From IMG/VR virus record IMGVR_UViG_3300021387_001614, positions 1 through 64,000 of that record: DNA of 64,000 bases. One strand, 5' to 3'. Below, in pieces: positions 30,901 through 42,072 of this stretch. Within the stretch, counting starts at the first letter, position 1; every line of letters begins with the position of its first letter. The DNA is from a virus (Duplodnaviria; Caudoviricetes). A model generated the notes under the pieces. It had not been told where the DNA came from. It did no database searches and was given only the letters and a program-made list of their open reading frames with translations. The translations under genes were made by a program, and so were the position numbers.

Positions 30901-31129
30901 TAGATGCATTTTCTGCATATTTCTCATCAAAAAAACTTGTAAATTCCCTATTCTTTATAATACTTCTTGGGGATTTAGCGTTTAACAATGCGGCGTTTAT
31001 TACCTCACTTTGTGTGTAATAAACACCACTTAATGATGGAACACGATAAACATCCCTTAACCCCTGAATAACTCCCGGGGTTCTTGAAATAAAGTTTTCG
31101 AGCGATATTTTTCTAGTAATTAGTTTCAT
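27959..31129 (-). CDS. putative baseplate/tail structural protein
   Basis: 1056-aa ORF with C-terminal DIYIDRG...LENYGNG. Confidence 0.6.
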   Translation of the reverse strand: MKLITRKISLENFISRTPGVIQGLRDVYRVPSLSGVYYTQSEVINAALLNAKSPRSIIKNREFTSFFDEKYAENASNYGMVVSDIDISDFSGITDYTDVYINIPTEEESFHRVVMGEDFYLIEEPSLSVINNLKELFEEKSDIYPDITTVDYYFCYGRDIYYIENVINETFANKNDIINKAKKKKYITYPTLKKWLKFFKEYDALLNNSGNSVPYKNAEEYSKYEENATITYDEAVKMDKLFLSRGGWDFYNFIVNRLFLKLKIPVELTNEWKRDHLDFPDAKKWFGWFNDMHEKYSAITEPHECVDADNCCDCRDYYRLGGNDMYEILKDFILNAEDPMVSTKSASVVLPVLLEKNIDDLGMVTSLAPEWEGGVDYGTDMPYGTVVSLPENGKTYLIKGGVGHTGYIYDEYKEFAFNEDDFEDYTKYYKINNADNFTQSVTSYSFNVLDKVIYNPTDDKMSVPYPLTRPINGFVVINDKIYEIQRRRYVIFDNGRENYLINGKKFLANKTNDGRYYVVVNGQTYYALERNGVFYFNFTKQKNCIPKNDYKTRLENEIFCVEYNDEVLVVENGMVTIFDGYTNKRYSKLNGYFNIGDKVYYVGGKSLNEKVYHDYEFIYNEDDGVYDCTFKEVTDDWVNNLYYPKISSNSVNILFPYTVFRCDTITGHTNSKLYTLRSPKLLTDDLGNVMPGYYEYHADVEGEEEWVEGGMDEDTRANSKFFTPYNGARLDLYFKVGNVSTLSKNECLTQENNPKKQYFDGGIIEKMKFYYKDNLTGEIFKNTLVEISNDGFTSLDNEKYFVNTYGTYFYDEKTGTYKDAHEYAFYIKKDNVLSAIHLCKKLGEYFANYEYWNNDEDNNDYGDYSLSENIFCEIEYHINAVVHLKVKFVEDMTVYDGYELEKENSLGWYKYHPGITYTDVYTLTDDVCLYEMYNGEKYSLKYYKLTPTTRNVILDNGDNETVTDTVFSMPVLLYDKDMIPTNNVFLGDRCFDEDNGTYVAPVFRQEYNIGVATPQNVSGDIYIDRGIQKALDKHIRLQEINTMESLENYGNGSMFE

Positions 31130-34100
31130 TGGATTCGTTTTTAATTTTTACCTCAAACAAATTAAATTCCATTATGTTGTTATCTGTTTCAGTAATACTG
31201 TTTTCCCTATAATTATCTGGAAGATAATAAACGTATCGCTTATTTTCGTCATTATATATTAAATTAACAGGAATAAACATTTGTCTATTAAGGTCGCTCA
31301 TAGGCACACCTTTTTTTAACTCTTCAATATCACCGTCATTTGACAAAAACAGTGGTCTATATATGTATTTATCAACTGTGGTCATTGGCATTATAAATGG
31401 GAAAACCCTTCCAACGCCTGCATGATAAAAATCAATTTTAAGATATACCGTTGACGGCTTTAATCCGGTGGAGTATTCTTTAAACATATAAAGATAAAAA
31501 CCTTCAGATGAAGTTGTTGTCTCGTATTTATTTTTAACTGTTATGTTGCACCCTAACCTTGATTCGTCATCAAACGTAAATTTTTCATTTTTATAAACCT
31601 CGCCAAAAACACTTATTGTGTGGGATAATTCATCGCTATTAATGTTTTTATACGTTAACTCACTCTCGTCATATTTAATCTTCTTATTGAAATATTCATT
31701 TTCATTTAAAAAGATTGTAGATGTTGCAAGCAGCATTTGGTCTTGCGGGTTGTTAGTGCTGTAAAATGATAATCTTAAAAATGACTTTGAAATTCGTTTT
31801 TTTCTGTATTTTACATCATCATCAGTGAAATTAACAAGGCCGAGCAAGTCGGGCGACTTATGTAAAACAAGCCTATCAGCAGAATCTAAGTTTTTATATT
31901 CTTCAATATCGGTTACAAACCAATTATTATCATTGTTGTCGATGCTCATCACCAAAGAATTATTAAAATTCGTTTCGGTGTACTCAAGTCTGCCATTATA
32001 GTTGGTATTAGTAAAGTCAAGACTTTTGGTTAACCCTATTTCCTCTGCTTCATTTTTACTTATTTTCCAACTATCTTTATCTCTCGTTCTAAAATGAAGA
32101 TTAAACCGTATTTCTTTTATATCACAAAAAACATTATCACCACTTGCATTTTTAGTGAGATAAACGGGATAATAAACATCCTTTTCCATATCAACAATGT
32201 CATTGACACGCGAATCAACCACATCAGACAACGCTTCGTTTATTATTAAGTCCTCACGATTAATGCCGAGTTGTTTATTGTTTACGAGTGGAAATTTTAT
32301 TGACGTTGAATCATTAACAATACTAACCTCAACAATACCAAGTGGGTCTAATGCCGCATTAGATGATACCGGCATTTCAGCCATTGAAAGAAGCATGTCC
32401 GCATTAACCGGCTCATACCCAAACGCACCATTGAAAATAAAGAATGAAAAAGATGAAAAATCTTCCATTATGTGCATACAAACGGTGTTTTTGGCACTAC
32501 TTGTTATTGTTATGGGCTTGCCAAAATATTCATCGCCAATTATAGGCTCACATATTATCATATTAGAGCCTGCGATTTTAAACACATTTAATTCATACTT
32601 TTCTTGTCCATAAACATTAGCGTATTCTATAATTCGTTCATAATCATCATTTGTAAAAGTGTAAGATTCTATTCTGTATCTCACGCCGTCTATTGTTACA
32701 CCACTATATTCTGTAATTGGAAATGACGGATATACGGATGCGTCTGTTTGTGGTAAAATATCCATAAGTTCTTTATCTTCACTTATTTTTACAAGGATGT
32801 CATGATTAAACACACCTGTTCTGCCACTCTCTGTCTCGATTATATCGAATGTTACCTCTTCATCATTAATATACGCAACCGCTTTATTGCCAATGTTATT
32901 ATATGTTAAGTCATAATCAACGTCTAACACGTTAATTGTATCACACAAGTTCTTTTTGGCATAATGTTTTTTGCCGTTAAAGAAAATATACGGGTTTTCG
33001 TCACCGTTTTCATATTCAATATTAACTCGATGATAACTACTCTTGCCCATGGCGATTATTTTATTATTTTCAGCCAAAGGATACCCAAAATCGTTATTAA
33101 TAAAGAGGGAAATAAAACTGCCATTATTATCAGTAACGTATTTATATTTTATATTTACGGGGTTGTTAACAACATCCATACCACCATCAACGATTCCGTC
33201 ATATATTGACGGGTATTCTACTTGGTCACTATAAAAACAGTCAGCCCTATAAAAAACATCATCAATTTCAACGCCAAAACCTAAATTACGATATTCTATT
33301 TTCTCTCTTTCACCATCATCATAATATTTATAAGGTTTAACAACATTGTTAATTTCATAAACATTTCCACCATATTCTACATATGGTTGATAATATCCTA
33401 TTTCGCCCTTATTAACAAGTATTTCTTCATTACCGTCGATATGCACCACAACTTTTAGAACATTGTGCCATTTTGCGTATTCATAATCTGAAATTGTGAA
33501 CGTGTCATTGTTTTCAAGTACTGTTAACGGTTCACTATATTTATTTAATCTAACAGACGGAACTTGATACCCGCCAATTATTGTATCATCTTTGGCTAAA
33601 TCTGTGTCAACCACATATGTTACACCCTTTATGGTTACACTGCCATTCTCAATCCAATGTATTGTTGGTATTCTTATAAATGATGGCGATATTGTCTCGT
33701 AAAAAACATCATCAATTACAAAGCCGTCCACACCATCCCTTTTTACCATGTATATTTGGATGTTGTTATATAAAATATAATAAATCTCAGTCTTTATTGA
33801 AACAGCAATGTCTTTTTCGTCATAATAATACTTTTCACCATCAATAGTGAAAGAAAATTCATCATCGTTTTTATAAACAGCACTGCCATTATAGTTTATA
33901 AACGTTCTACCGCTTGCATCTGTCTCAATATTACGATTGACGTTTCCAATTAGGGTGTTTATTGTATAGTTTTCGTTAACAGTTAAATAACCCTGCCTTG
34001 TGACTTTTTCAACACTTGCTTTTAAGTGTATTGGGGTGTTGGTGTAAGGGAAATTAACAATGACGTTATCACCGTCTTTAATATCATAGCATTGTTTTGT

Positions 34101-34202
34101 AACACCCGAAATATAAGTTAAATCGGGTGAAATAAACATCTCTGAAAAATCAAGCACGGTAGTGCCAAAACCGATATTTGTTTTAATTTTATATTTTAAC
34201 AT
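31113..34202 (-). CDS. putative baseplate/tail structural protein
   Basis: 1029-aa ORF overlapping both neighbours. Confidence 0.6.
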   Translation of the reverse strand: MLKYKIKTNIGFGTTVLDFSEMFISPDLTYISGVTKQCYDIKDGDNVIVNFPYTNTPIHLKASVEKVTRQGYLTVNENYTINTLIGNVNRNIETDASGRTFINYNGSAVYKNDDEFSFTIDGEKYYYDEKDIAVSIKTEIYYILYNNIQIYMVKRDGVDGFVIDDVFYETISPSFIRIPTIHWIENGSVTIKGVTYVVDTDLAKDDTIIGGYQVPSVRLNKYSEPLTVLENNDTFTISDYEYAKWHNVLKVVVHIDGNEEILVNKGEIGYYQPYVEYGGNVYEINNVVKPYKYYDDGEREKIEYRNLGFGVEIDDVFYRADCFYSDQVEYPSIYDGIVDGGMDVVNNPVNIKYKYVTDNNGSFISLFINNDFGYPLAENNKIIAMGKSSYHRVNIEYENGDENPYIFFNGKKHYAKKNLCDTINVLDVDYDLTYNNIGNKAVAYINDEEVTFDIIETESGRTGVFNHDILVKISEDKELMDILPQTDASVYPSFPITEYSGVTIDGVRYRIESYTFTNDDYERIIEYANVYGQEKYELNVFKIAGSNMIICEPIIGDEYFGKPITITSSAKNTVCMHIMEDFSSFSFFIFNGAFGYEPVNADMLLSMAEMPVSSNAALDPLGIVEVSIVNDSTSIKFPLVNNKQLGINREDLIINEALSDVVDSRVNDIVDMEKDVYYPVYLTKNASGDNVFCDIKEIRFNLHFRTRDKDSWKISKNEAEEIGLTKSLDFTNTNYNGRLEYTETNFNNSLVMSIDNNDNNWFVTDIEEYKNLDSADRLVLHKSPDLLGLVNFTDDDVKYRKKRISKSFLRLSFYSTNNPQDQMLLATSTIFLNENEYFNKKIKYDESELTYKNINSDELSHTISVFGEVYKNEKFTFDDESRLGCNITVKNKYETTTSSEGFYLYMFKEYSTGLKPSTVYLKIDFYHAGVGRVFPFIMPMTTVDKYIYRPLFLSNDGDIEELKKGVPMSDLNRQMFIPVNLIYNDENKRYVYYLPDNYRENSITETDNNIMEFNLFEVKIKNESNETNY

Positions 34203-36997
34203 TTTTTTATGTTCGATTCTAAGAAATAATTATCAACGTCAGTATTGACATTCTCTAACTCTTCAATGTATTCGCCATTCGGTTCATAATATGGTAATTC
34301 ACTGCTTGAGGGTTCTATATCATCATCATGAAATGGCTGTTGCCTTCTAAGATAAAAATTTATATTTTTGTAAATATAGAAGGCGCCGTTTGCAAATGGA
34401 TATGATTCAATGTTAGAAAAATCATCAAACCCGTTCGGTATCACGTTTCGCCACAAATAATTGCATGCACCGTCACTTGAAAGTTTGGCATATTGTGGTG
34501 TGACTTCATCACGAACACACGCTTTATAGTTATCAATATCAGAAAATGTCTTAGCGGTACTTATCGCTTTTCCATCATCTTCTGTTATGTTAATCAAAAA
34601 CTTTTTCTCACTTAAGCAGTTAATAACCAAACACTTGTATGATTTATTTTCGTTTATGGAATACATTGAAAATTCATCGTTAAGCACAAGATTAGGGTTA
34701 TCTGACAGTCCTATTTCAAACACATTATCACTAACCTTATAATTTATTGTCTCTTTGACAAGTAAAAGTATGTCATATGTTTTTGCTTTTTGTGTTGTGA
34801 GAACAGACGAAACGGTCTTAACTGTTATTTTATAATTCGGTTGATAATAATACCCTTCTTTTCTTGGCAAGGCTATCATCTTCTTATGTTCAACAGTAAA
34901 CCCACTAGACGAATAATCTCCGCTCTTTATATTGTCTATTGTTGTGGCGGAAAAATATTCATAACTTGTATCATCATTGTTAAGTTCTCTTTGTGCTGTG
35001 TTGAATCTGTTCATTACACTTTGTATCACTTGTTCCGAACATTCTGATGGAGAATAACAGCATAAATCCCCATAGAAGTTTATGGCATTATCAAAATCAA
35101 TGGCATATTGTGCCGTTTCTGTGTTCATATCATTTATAACTGCCATGTTCAGTCCATGATTTATTTCGTTATTATCTATGGAGTTGATTATCCTTATATC
35201 ATTCACTATGCCAACATTGTTCGCCTCATCTGAAAATCTAAGTCCACAGATATTTTCACCAAAACAGTGTGAAAACTCAATATTTTCGCTTTGTATGTTT
35301 ATTGGTGAGCCATTCTTGCCATACCACTCTTTATATCCTGCGTTCCGTTTAACTATTGTTAGATACATATCAGATAACGGTCTGCCTAAATTATCCTTTA
35401 GATATGATACATCGATGTCGTCAGTATAAACAATTTCAGATATTGGGTCACCATATATGTTTTTAGAGAATGCCAATTTGTTTATGTGGTTTTCGAAATC
35501 CACTTTAGAACATTCTTTTACATATTCTTTATCATTTTCAATTATTTCTGCGTTTGGTTTTTTATCCGAATATTTAAAGTTCGGTACACGTGAAAATATT
35601 CTAACATAATATTTGCAATCAATGCCATCTTCTGACACTCTTTTAAATGATATGTTTTGCCACTTGGGGTCTACATTAACCGTATCTGTTCCCTCTATGA
35701 CAAAAAATCTTTCGCCTGTTTCGGAAACAAGGATATTTTCATTATCATTGTCAACCGTTAATGTTTCTTCTTGCCCATTAATATTAACCCTTGTATAAGA
35801 CGTAACGCCACTTAAAAGGGTTATTTTTTGAGATGGAGAAGGTATTGACCCCCTTCTTATTTGGAAAATGTATTTATTGTAAACATTATAGACACTGACA
35901 GTTTCACATAAAACATTATTAATTGTTTTACCGCTGTTATTGGTATATGTTTGATAAATATTTACATAATCGCCCACATTTAGACCGTGTTGTGCTATGG
36001 AATAAATTGTAATGAGCGATACGCCGTTATCATCAACGGTTGCATCATCAATGTATACTACCTTTAATGAATTTAATTCCTCATTTAAAAACATGTCAAA
36101 CCCGCTAGTGGTTGATGAACTTGGGTAAGTTATGCAATAGTCCCAATTTTTTTCAATTCTGTTTCTATGGTTATTGTATTTCGGTGTAAACATAAAAAGC
36201 GACCTATCAGGATACATATCAATAAAATCACCTGCTTTCATCGAATTTATTGGCTTTGATATGTCAAGTGGTTTACTCTCACAATTTTGTGTTAACCCTT
36301 TAAAAACATCTTCGTGCGTTAAAAATCTAGAACTATTTTTAAAACCAAACCACCCATTTTCCTCAATAAGATTGTTTTTAATTGCATCATCGAAGTCGTA
36401 TATATCTAACGAACCGTAAAGATGCAACTTTTTTTCATCCGTGCCAAATTGAGTCATGCGCATCGCTTTCACTACCTTACCATCTATTCCCCTTAAGAAA
36501 TCCTCTATTGTATTAAAGTTGTCAACCGATAAGTCACCCTCTGTGGGAAAATTAACGGATTTAAAAGATGTGTTCCTCAATAAATGGTTATTAAAGATAT
36601 CTGCGCCGCAATTATATTTATAGCCACAAGTTTCATTAGAAAGTTGTGTGTCGCGTATGGCTTCGTTCTTATTCCATAATAATGTCGTTTTAACAACCGT
36701 GCCATCAATATAAATCCCATTCTGATAATTTAAAACCTCAACATCTTTGCTGCCCTCATTCTTTACAACCTCTGTTACCGGATTAAATAAAGCGTTTGTA
36801 CAAACAGGATTAAGTGTGCAAATAAGTCTAACCTTATTACATCCATATCTTTCACTATCATAATATTCATACGCATTAAAAGAAGGTGCAACAGGCATCT
36901 CGGGCAACATTTTTTTGTCACCCTTTAAATTCACCGATAACGTTTTAATTTTATCGGTGTTCTTTTTACTTAATGCGGAATCTAAAATAATTTTCAT
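34196..36997 (-). CDS. putative baseplate/tail structural protein
   Basis: 933-aa ORF in the structural operon. Confidence 0.6.
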   Translation of the reverse strand: MKIILDSALSKKNTDKIKTLSVNLKGDKKMLPEMPVAPSFNAYEYYDSERYGCNKVRLICTLNPVCTNALFNPVTEVVKNEGSKDVEVLNYQNGIYIDGTVVKTTLLWNKNEAIRDTQLSNETCGYKYNCGADIFNNHLLRNTSFKSVNFPTEGDLSVDNFNTIEDFLRGIDGKVVKAMRMTQFGTDEKKLHLYGSLDIYDFDDAIKNNLIEENGWFGFKNSSRFLTHEDVFKGLTQNCESKPLDISKPINSMKAGDFIDMYPDRSLFMFTPKYNNHRNRIEKNWDYCITYPSSSTTSGFDMFLNEELNSLKVVYIDDATVDDNGVSLITIYSIAQHGLNVGDYVNIYQTYTNNSGKTINNVLCETVSVYNVYNKYIFQIRRGSIPSPSQKITLLSGVTSYTRVNINGQEETLTVDNDNENILVSETGERFFVIEGTDTVNVDPKWQNISFKRVSEDGIDCKYYVRIFSRVPNFKYSDKKPNAEIIENDKEYVKECSKVDFENHINKLAFSKNIYGDPISEIVYTDDIDVSYLKDNLGRPLSDMYLTIVKRNAGYKEWYGKNGSPINIQSENIEFSHCFGENICGLRFSDEANNVGIVNDIRIINSIDNNEINHGLNMAVINDMNTETAQYAIDFDNAINFYGDLCCYSPSECSEQVIQSVMNRFNTAQRELNNDDTSYEYFSATTIDNIKSGDYSSSGFTVEHKKMIALPRKEGYYYQPNYKITVKTVSSVLTTQKAKTYDILLLVKETINYKVSDNVFEIGLSDNPNLVLNDEFSMYSINENKSYKCLVINCLSEKKFLINITEDDGKAISTAKTFSDIDNYKACVRDEVTPQYAKLSSDGACNYLWRNVIPNGFDDFSNIESYPFANGAFYIYKNINFYLRRQQPFHDDDIEPSSSELPYYEPNGEYIEELENVNTDVDNYFLESNIKKC

Positions 36998-39996
36998 ACT
37001 GTATTATCGTTGTTTTTAGTACACCCTGCAAAAAACTTTTCTCTAAATGTATCAATTGCAGTCTTGCCATTGTTTAAACCAAAGTAGAAATAAAAAGAGT
37101 TTTCATATAAGGGAAAAACATACTTTTTGTTATCTCCGGTAATTATACAATAAAAATGACGTCCTCTTCCAAATTTTTCATAAAAAGCGTCTCTATTCGC
37201 ATTTTTTTCTCCTTCGCTTGACCCTCTTCTGAAATGTTTTATAAACGTCTTATTATATTCATCTAAATTGGTTTTTGTTCCCAAATCTTCTTTTGTGAGG
37301 CCGCCTAACCTAAAGAAACCATAGTCAAAATTTGGATAATCGTTTGCAATAATTCGGGGTTGGAATCCTTTACTATTATCACCATAATGTTCAATTGATG
37401 GTCCAAGTCTTCCGTCAAATGCCGATGGATATAGATAACTAAAATTATAAAATTTATAGCCAGTGTTTTTGTCTCTAATGGTAGCAACAAGTTTATTTGC
37501 ATTAAGTGTGGCAAACTTTGCCCTTGCATCATCATCAAAAATATCAGTATTTGTAATGAAACCATCAGGTTGCACAAACAAAAATTCACCCGGTGTGCTA
37601 ATAGTGTAACGTTCATCAGGACTAACACCAAGTTCGCACATTCTCTCTATGTTAACGTATGATTTTTGACGTGTGTGTAAATCCCACGCATCGCTACCGG
37701 TTCCGTATAATCCAAAAAATAATCCCGTGTCGTATTTATGCCCAAAATAAGTTTCTTCTTGCTGACTTTTCCACTTCATGCCCCAATTCATACCCGACGA
37801 ATCAATGTGGTTTGATGCAATCTGTGCACTACTGTCGTCTTTAGCCGCTAACATTGGCGGTATTGTGCAAGTTGTACGAGGCATATCACTTATTTGCGGT
37901 ATGCCGTTAATGTCGTTTTCCACTAAACTGCCAAGCAAAACAATATCCGTCGAAAATAATCTTTTATATCGTCTATAATATACTTTTTCGCCGTCTTCAT
38001 AGGTTTCATAAAACCCTTCTTCGTTTCCTGTTTCACCCGAATTAATATCTTTAAACCCACCACTACTGTCTTTAACGCCAAACGAGTAATAATAAACAAC
38101 GGTTTCATCGCTATTTGTCTTGGGGTAGATTAAGCCATCATTTATTTTAAGGTTAGACGTAAAACCACTAAGCACATTCTTTGTTGCAAAGTTTTCATCG
38201 CCATCAGCAAGGTCAATGCCAAACTTATCATCTTTGTATTCCAACGGCGTAGTATCCATTAAATATAAAGTGGTACCACTGCCATTATTCTTACATTGGC
38301 AATATTCACTGCTATAAGGACTTTGCCATTTTCTGTATTTTTTCTTTTGTTTTACTTTCCAAAACCACATTGGGAAATACAAACACCCGTTAATCCAATC
38401 ATTGAAAAATGATAAGCCAATTCTGTTTGACGCTGCCGCAAGTTCAGAATACGTTTCATCTACGTCATAGATATCTGAAGATGATGAAATAGACCCCTTT
38501 CTCCACAGGTCTTTTATTTTATCTATTACTCCTGTGTTGTTTCTTAAAATACCCTGTACAAAACTACTCCACAACTGTGCTTGAGGTCTAATTTTATTAT
38601 ATGGGAAGGGGTTTGTGGTTTCGGTATCTAACTTATTAACGTTTTTAATACCTATGCACTCACTCGTTCTATTGTTTGTTGTTCCTCTTTGGATTCTTGG
38701 TATATAACTTTTAACTGTATATACCTTATTCCAAAACAAATCCCTAAAACAATTGTCAGGTGTTTTCGAACCAAATTCGTAATAGTCATTAAAATCAATA
38801 CAATCACCTGACGTGGTTGCACTTATTGCAATAAACGGTACGGTTGTTCTCTCATAAAGGTCAGGATTGCACGGAACAAGGTATCTCGCCTTATGTTTGG
38901 TCATTGCGTCATCGTTCGTATCATCAAGCGTAAATCTAAATCTAACACTTGCCCTTGTTGCAATTCCTTTAGACGGGTCATTAGACGGAACAATGTTTCC
39001 ATACTCATCCATTGCCACATAATCAAGATTCATTGGTATCTGATAACACCAAACGCCATCACTATTAATTAATTCGTTTCCCTCTATTGTTTTTTCCTCA
39101 ATGCCACCATATATGTTCTTTTGAATCATCTCTATCCTTCCCGCACAAGTGTTAAGTTGTGAAGCGTCACCAAGCATCTCATCAACTTTGCAATTGTGGT
39201 TGATAGAATTGTTTACGTTGTCAGTTATTATGCTGCCCAAAAAGACACATGATGTTTCAAATTTGTATTGTAAATTAATATCCTTTCTTGTTATTGCAAT
39301 GTCGGAATAATCACTACTTCCCCAAAACGGTGAAACATTAACTGTCTCGTTTTGGCTAAATATTTGTGCAAGGTTATCCAAACTTTTGCCGCTTTTAAAC
39401 TGTGAAGCGTTCTGAAATTGATTTATATTGTACCCCTTTGAAATAAAATCCCTCGGTCTTTGAGAAAGCACACCAATATCAGAAAGGTCAACATCAACAT
39501 GCAGTTCTCTTTCACCCACAGGAACACCAAAAATCATGTAATCACCTGATTGATTGGTAGTTGTGGTGTATTTATAGTATGTGTCATAAACCTCTAACAT
39601 AGAATCATTGTCAAGTACCATTCTCTTGGTAGGAAACGTCCCTACTACTTGATAACATTCATCGTTACTCTTGCCCGGTAAAAGATTATACCTTATATTA
39701 TTTGGCGGCATATATGAAATTGACGAAAACCCATAAATTGATGTTAAATCGGTTCTTTGCTTATCTTCATTTGTTAGGGGGATAAAAACAGACACTTTAG
39801 CGTTAGGCACACCAAAGGCATCATTGGCAAGGATTCTACCAACAATAACACCATAATTCGACTTCTGCAACCTATACATGTCATTTTGATTTATTGACAT
39901 TGTTAATATCTCATATGAATCAATGTCGTTTTTCATATGCAGATTTATTGTTTGGTCAGAGCCGATATTTGCACTAATTCTATACGTTTTATCCAT
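36994..39996 (-). CDS. putative baseplate structural protein
   Basis: N-terminal GVPNAKVSVF...TNQSGDYMIFGVPVG beta-sandwich pattern; follows the wedge gene. Confidence 0.6.
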   Translation of the reverse strand: MDKTYRISANIGSDQTINLHMKNDIDSYEILTMSINQNDMYRLQKSNYGVIVGRILANDAFGVPNAKVSVFIPLTNEDKQRTDLTSIYGFSSISYMPPNNIRYNLLPGKSNDECYQVVGTFPTKRMVLDNDSMLEVYDTYYKYTTTTNQSGDYMIFGVPVGERELHVDVDLSDIGVLSQRPRDFISKGYNINQFQNASQFKSGKSLDNLAQIFSQNETVNVSPFWGSSDYSDIAITRKDINLQYKFETSCVFLGSIITDNVNNSINHNCKVDEMLGDASQLNTCAGRIEMIQKNIYGGIEEKTIEGNELINSDGVWCYQIPMNLDYVAMDEYGNIVPSNDPSKGIATRASVRFRFTLDDTNDDAMTKHKARYLVPCNPDLYERTTVPFIAISATTSGDCIDFNDYYEFGSKTPDNCFRDLFWNKVYTVKSYIPRIQRGTTNNRTSECIGIKNVNKLDTETTNPFPYNKIRPQAQLWSSFVQGILRNNTGVIDKIKDLWRKGSISSSSDIYDVDETYSELAAASNRIGLSFFNDWINGCLYFPMWFWKVKQKKKYRKWQSPYSSEYCQCKNNGSGTTLYLMDTTPLEYKDDKFGIDLADGDENFATKNVLSGFTSNLKINDGLIYPKTNSDETVVYYYSFGVKDSSGGFKDINSGETGNEEGFYETYEDGEKVYYRRYKRLFSTDIVLLGSLVENDINGIPQISDMPRTTCTIPPMLAAKDDSSAQIASNHIDSSGMNWGMKWKSQQEETYFGHKYDTGLFFGLYGTGSDAWDLHTRQKSYVNIERMCELGVSPDERYTISTPGEFLFVQPDGFITNTDIFDDDARAKFATLNANKLVATIRDKNTGYKFYNFSYLYPSAFDGRLGPSIEHYGDNSKGFQPRIIANDYPNFDYGFFRLGGLTKEDLGTKTNLDEYNKTFIKHFRRGSSEGEKNANRDAFYEKFGRGRHFYCIITGDNKKYVFPLYENSFYFYFGLNNGKTAIDTFREKFFAGCTKNNDNTV

Positions 39997-39998
39997 TT

Positions 39999-42020
39999 TT
40001 ACATCAATTTAACCTTGAGTTCGATATCAGAATCATTTAATACCTCAAACATTGAGTCATAGTCACTGTAGAGTACTTTATCTATTGCTTCTAAATCTAT
40101 TGGGAAAGCCTTGCAACCCTCAGGTGTTCTATACTCCAAAGATACATTATTGTTACAATTGTCAGTAACAACTAATTCGGGGAATGGACACTTATCTGAA
40201 CTATATTGCCCATCATATATATTATACACCCTTAATGATATTAAACTTATAACACCATCAACTAACGTTATTTCTTTTTCTAAGTCACCAACAAATATAT
40301 CATCACCCATGTTATGATTATTAATGTCCATATAATCTTTAATTTTTTCAATAACATTGGTTAATACTGTTGATACGTTATAGTTTTTATCGACAAAGAG
40401 GTCAATAAGGAAGCCGATGTTGTATATCTTGCCGCTTTTTATTTCAATATAATCATTAATTGTTTTATAATGTGACATCCATTCAATCACGTTTTCAACA
40501 AGCCTATCGGGTAGATACTTTGTCAATCTTCCGTTAGATTTAACACCTAAGAAACTCATGACTATTTTATTGTTTTCCTCTATAACACCCGACCTAAACG
40601 GTGCGCCATACTTAGGCGGCATTTGCATTAATTTAACTTGATAATCCTTAACGGTAACACATCTGTCTTGTGAAGATGTGTTATATTTTGTTAAATATTT
40701 TATTTCTTCTGTTGATGGTGCGTTTTTACCTGCAACCGATGCACTTGAGTTACGAACAGTGAATGAGTTTACCACAACACCTTTCTTTCTCGAATCCAAC
40801 CCAACATCATTTTTAAATTCCACGTTAATAAGCGAAAAACCGTTTATGGAATTTGGTGCAAGATTTGTCTCTATGCCGCCACCCACACGATAAAGGATGT
40901 ACATTGTCCACCCCTCACGAGGCAAAACACCAAGCATGTCGTTGTTTATTATTTTAGATGCTCTATATTCTGCATATTTGGTGGAACCGCTTGGTACTTC
41001 GTCGTATGAAACCCCCGCACCAAAAATCAACTTCATATACCCATTATCGGTATATTCAGTAATGAACTTTTGAGTCACGGGCTTCCATTGTCCGCGATAT
41101 ATTCTTGTAGTTCTCTGTGACTCGTAATTTACGTTTCTTTCGTCCGGTGTAATGGCGGGCGTTTCTGTATAATCATCGTATATTTCAGGATTATACTTAT
41201 CCATTATTACGGTATTATCAATATTTGTTGCAGTACCAAACCTATATTGGTCGGCTAAGCTCTCAACCTCGAAAAATCTGAACGTTGAAACGTCCTCAGT
41301 AGACAATTTATATTCTTCCTCGTCAAAATAATATTCTTGCATTGCCGGAGTTTCGTTGTATGACCCTGTTTCCTTACAAATGACCGATTCTACATTCATT
41401 ACATTAGTATCAGGTAAGACAATCTCCATAAACGGCGATAAATCTCTATCCATTATCACCTTTTTATATATTCGTGTCGTGCCATTAACAACAATTACGC
41501 TTTTTGTAACTGTATAACTCGTTATAGAGCCGTTACTGTTTCTATTTGGTGCGTATGTTCTGTTTGAAAAACCATCAGAATTAAATTGCTGCCCAAAATC
41601 CACATCTTCATCTAACTGAAAACTGTAATTACCCGCAGTTACCACAGATGAACGTTTAAGGATTGGTGCATAACGCCAATCGGGTTGTGATATGTTTTCG
41701 GGGTCAATGTCTATTGTGCAACTTATTCTAACCTCACACATACTTGCCTTTGCGCCGGGAACTTTCAGTCCATTTGTCCTCGCAAGGTTTAGAACTGAAC
41801 TTTTTAACTTCGCACTATTGACGTTTGTTTCTTGGTACATCCTATCAATATGATAACTAAGGTTATCAGCAACAGATGAAACCAAATCAACAAACCACGA
41901 CCCAACACTTGTGTCGCTGAAATCATCTGTCATTTCAGGATAGTACTTGTTACTAAAATTAATAAGTTCCGAACGATAATCTTCGAATGTCCTCGCAAGA
42001 TAGTTTATCTTTTTTTGCAT
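39999..42020 (-). CDS. baseplate wedge subunit (T4 gp6 / baseplate J-like)
   Basis: YLARTFEDYRSEL, DNLSYHID, YRVGGG, QDRCVTVKDY. Confidence 0.85.
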   Translation of the reverse strand: MQKKINYLARTFEDYRSELINFSNKYYPEMTDDFSDTSVGSWFVDLVSSVADNLSYHIDRMYQETNVNSAKLKSSVLNLARTNGLKVPGAKASMCEVRISCTIDIDPENISQPDWRYAPILKRSSVVTAGNYSFQLDEDVDFGQQFNSDGFSNRTYAPNRNSNGSITSYTVTKSVIVVNGTTRIYKKVIMDRDLSPFMEIVLPDTNVMNVESVICKETGSYNETPAMQEYYFDEEEYKLSTEDVSTFRFFEVESLADQYRFGTATNIDNTVIMDKYNPEIYDDYTETPAITPDERNVNYESQRTTRIYRGQWKPVTQKFITEYTDNGYMKLIFGAGVSYDEVPSGSTKYAEYRASKIINNDMLGVLPREGWTMYILYRVGGGIETNLAPNSINGFSLINVEFKNDVGLDSRKKGVVVNSFTVRNSSASVAGKNAPSTEEIKYLTKYNTSSQDRCVTVKDYQVKLMQMPPKYGAPFRSGVIEENNKIVMSFLGVKSNGRLTKYLPDRLVENVIEWMSHYKTINDYIEIKSGKIYNIGFLIDLFVDKNYNVSTVLTNVIEKIKDYMDINNHNMGDDIFVGDLEKEITLVDGVISLISLRVYNIYDGQYSSDKCPFPELVVTDNCNNNVSLEYRTPEGCKAFPIDLEAIDKVLYSDYDSMFEVLNDSDIELKVKLM

Positions 42021-42072
42021 TGTCTTCTTTTTTTAAAAAATAAAAATAATTTTTGATTTGACGAGTTTTTTG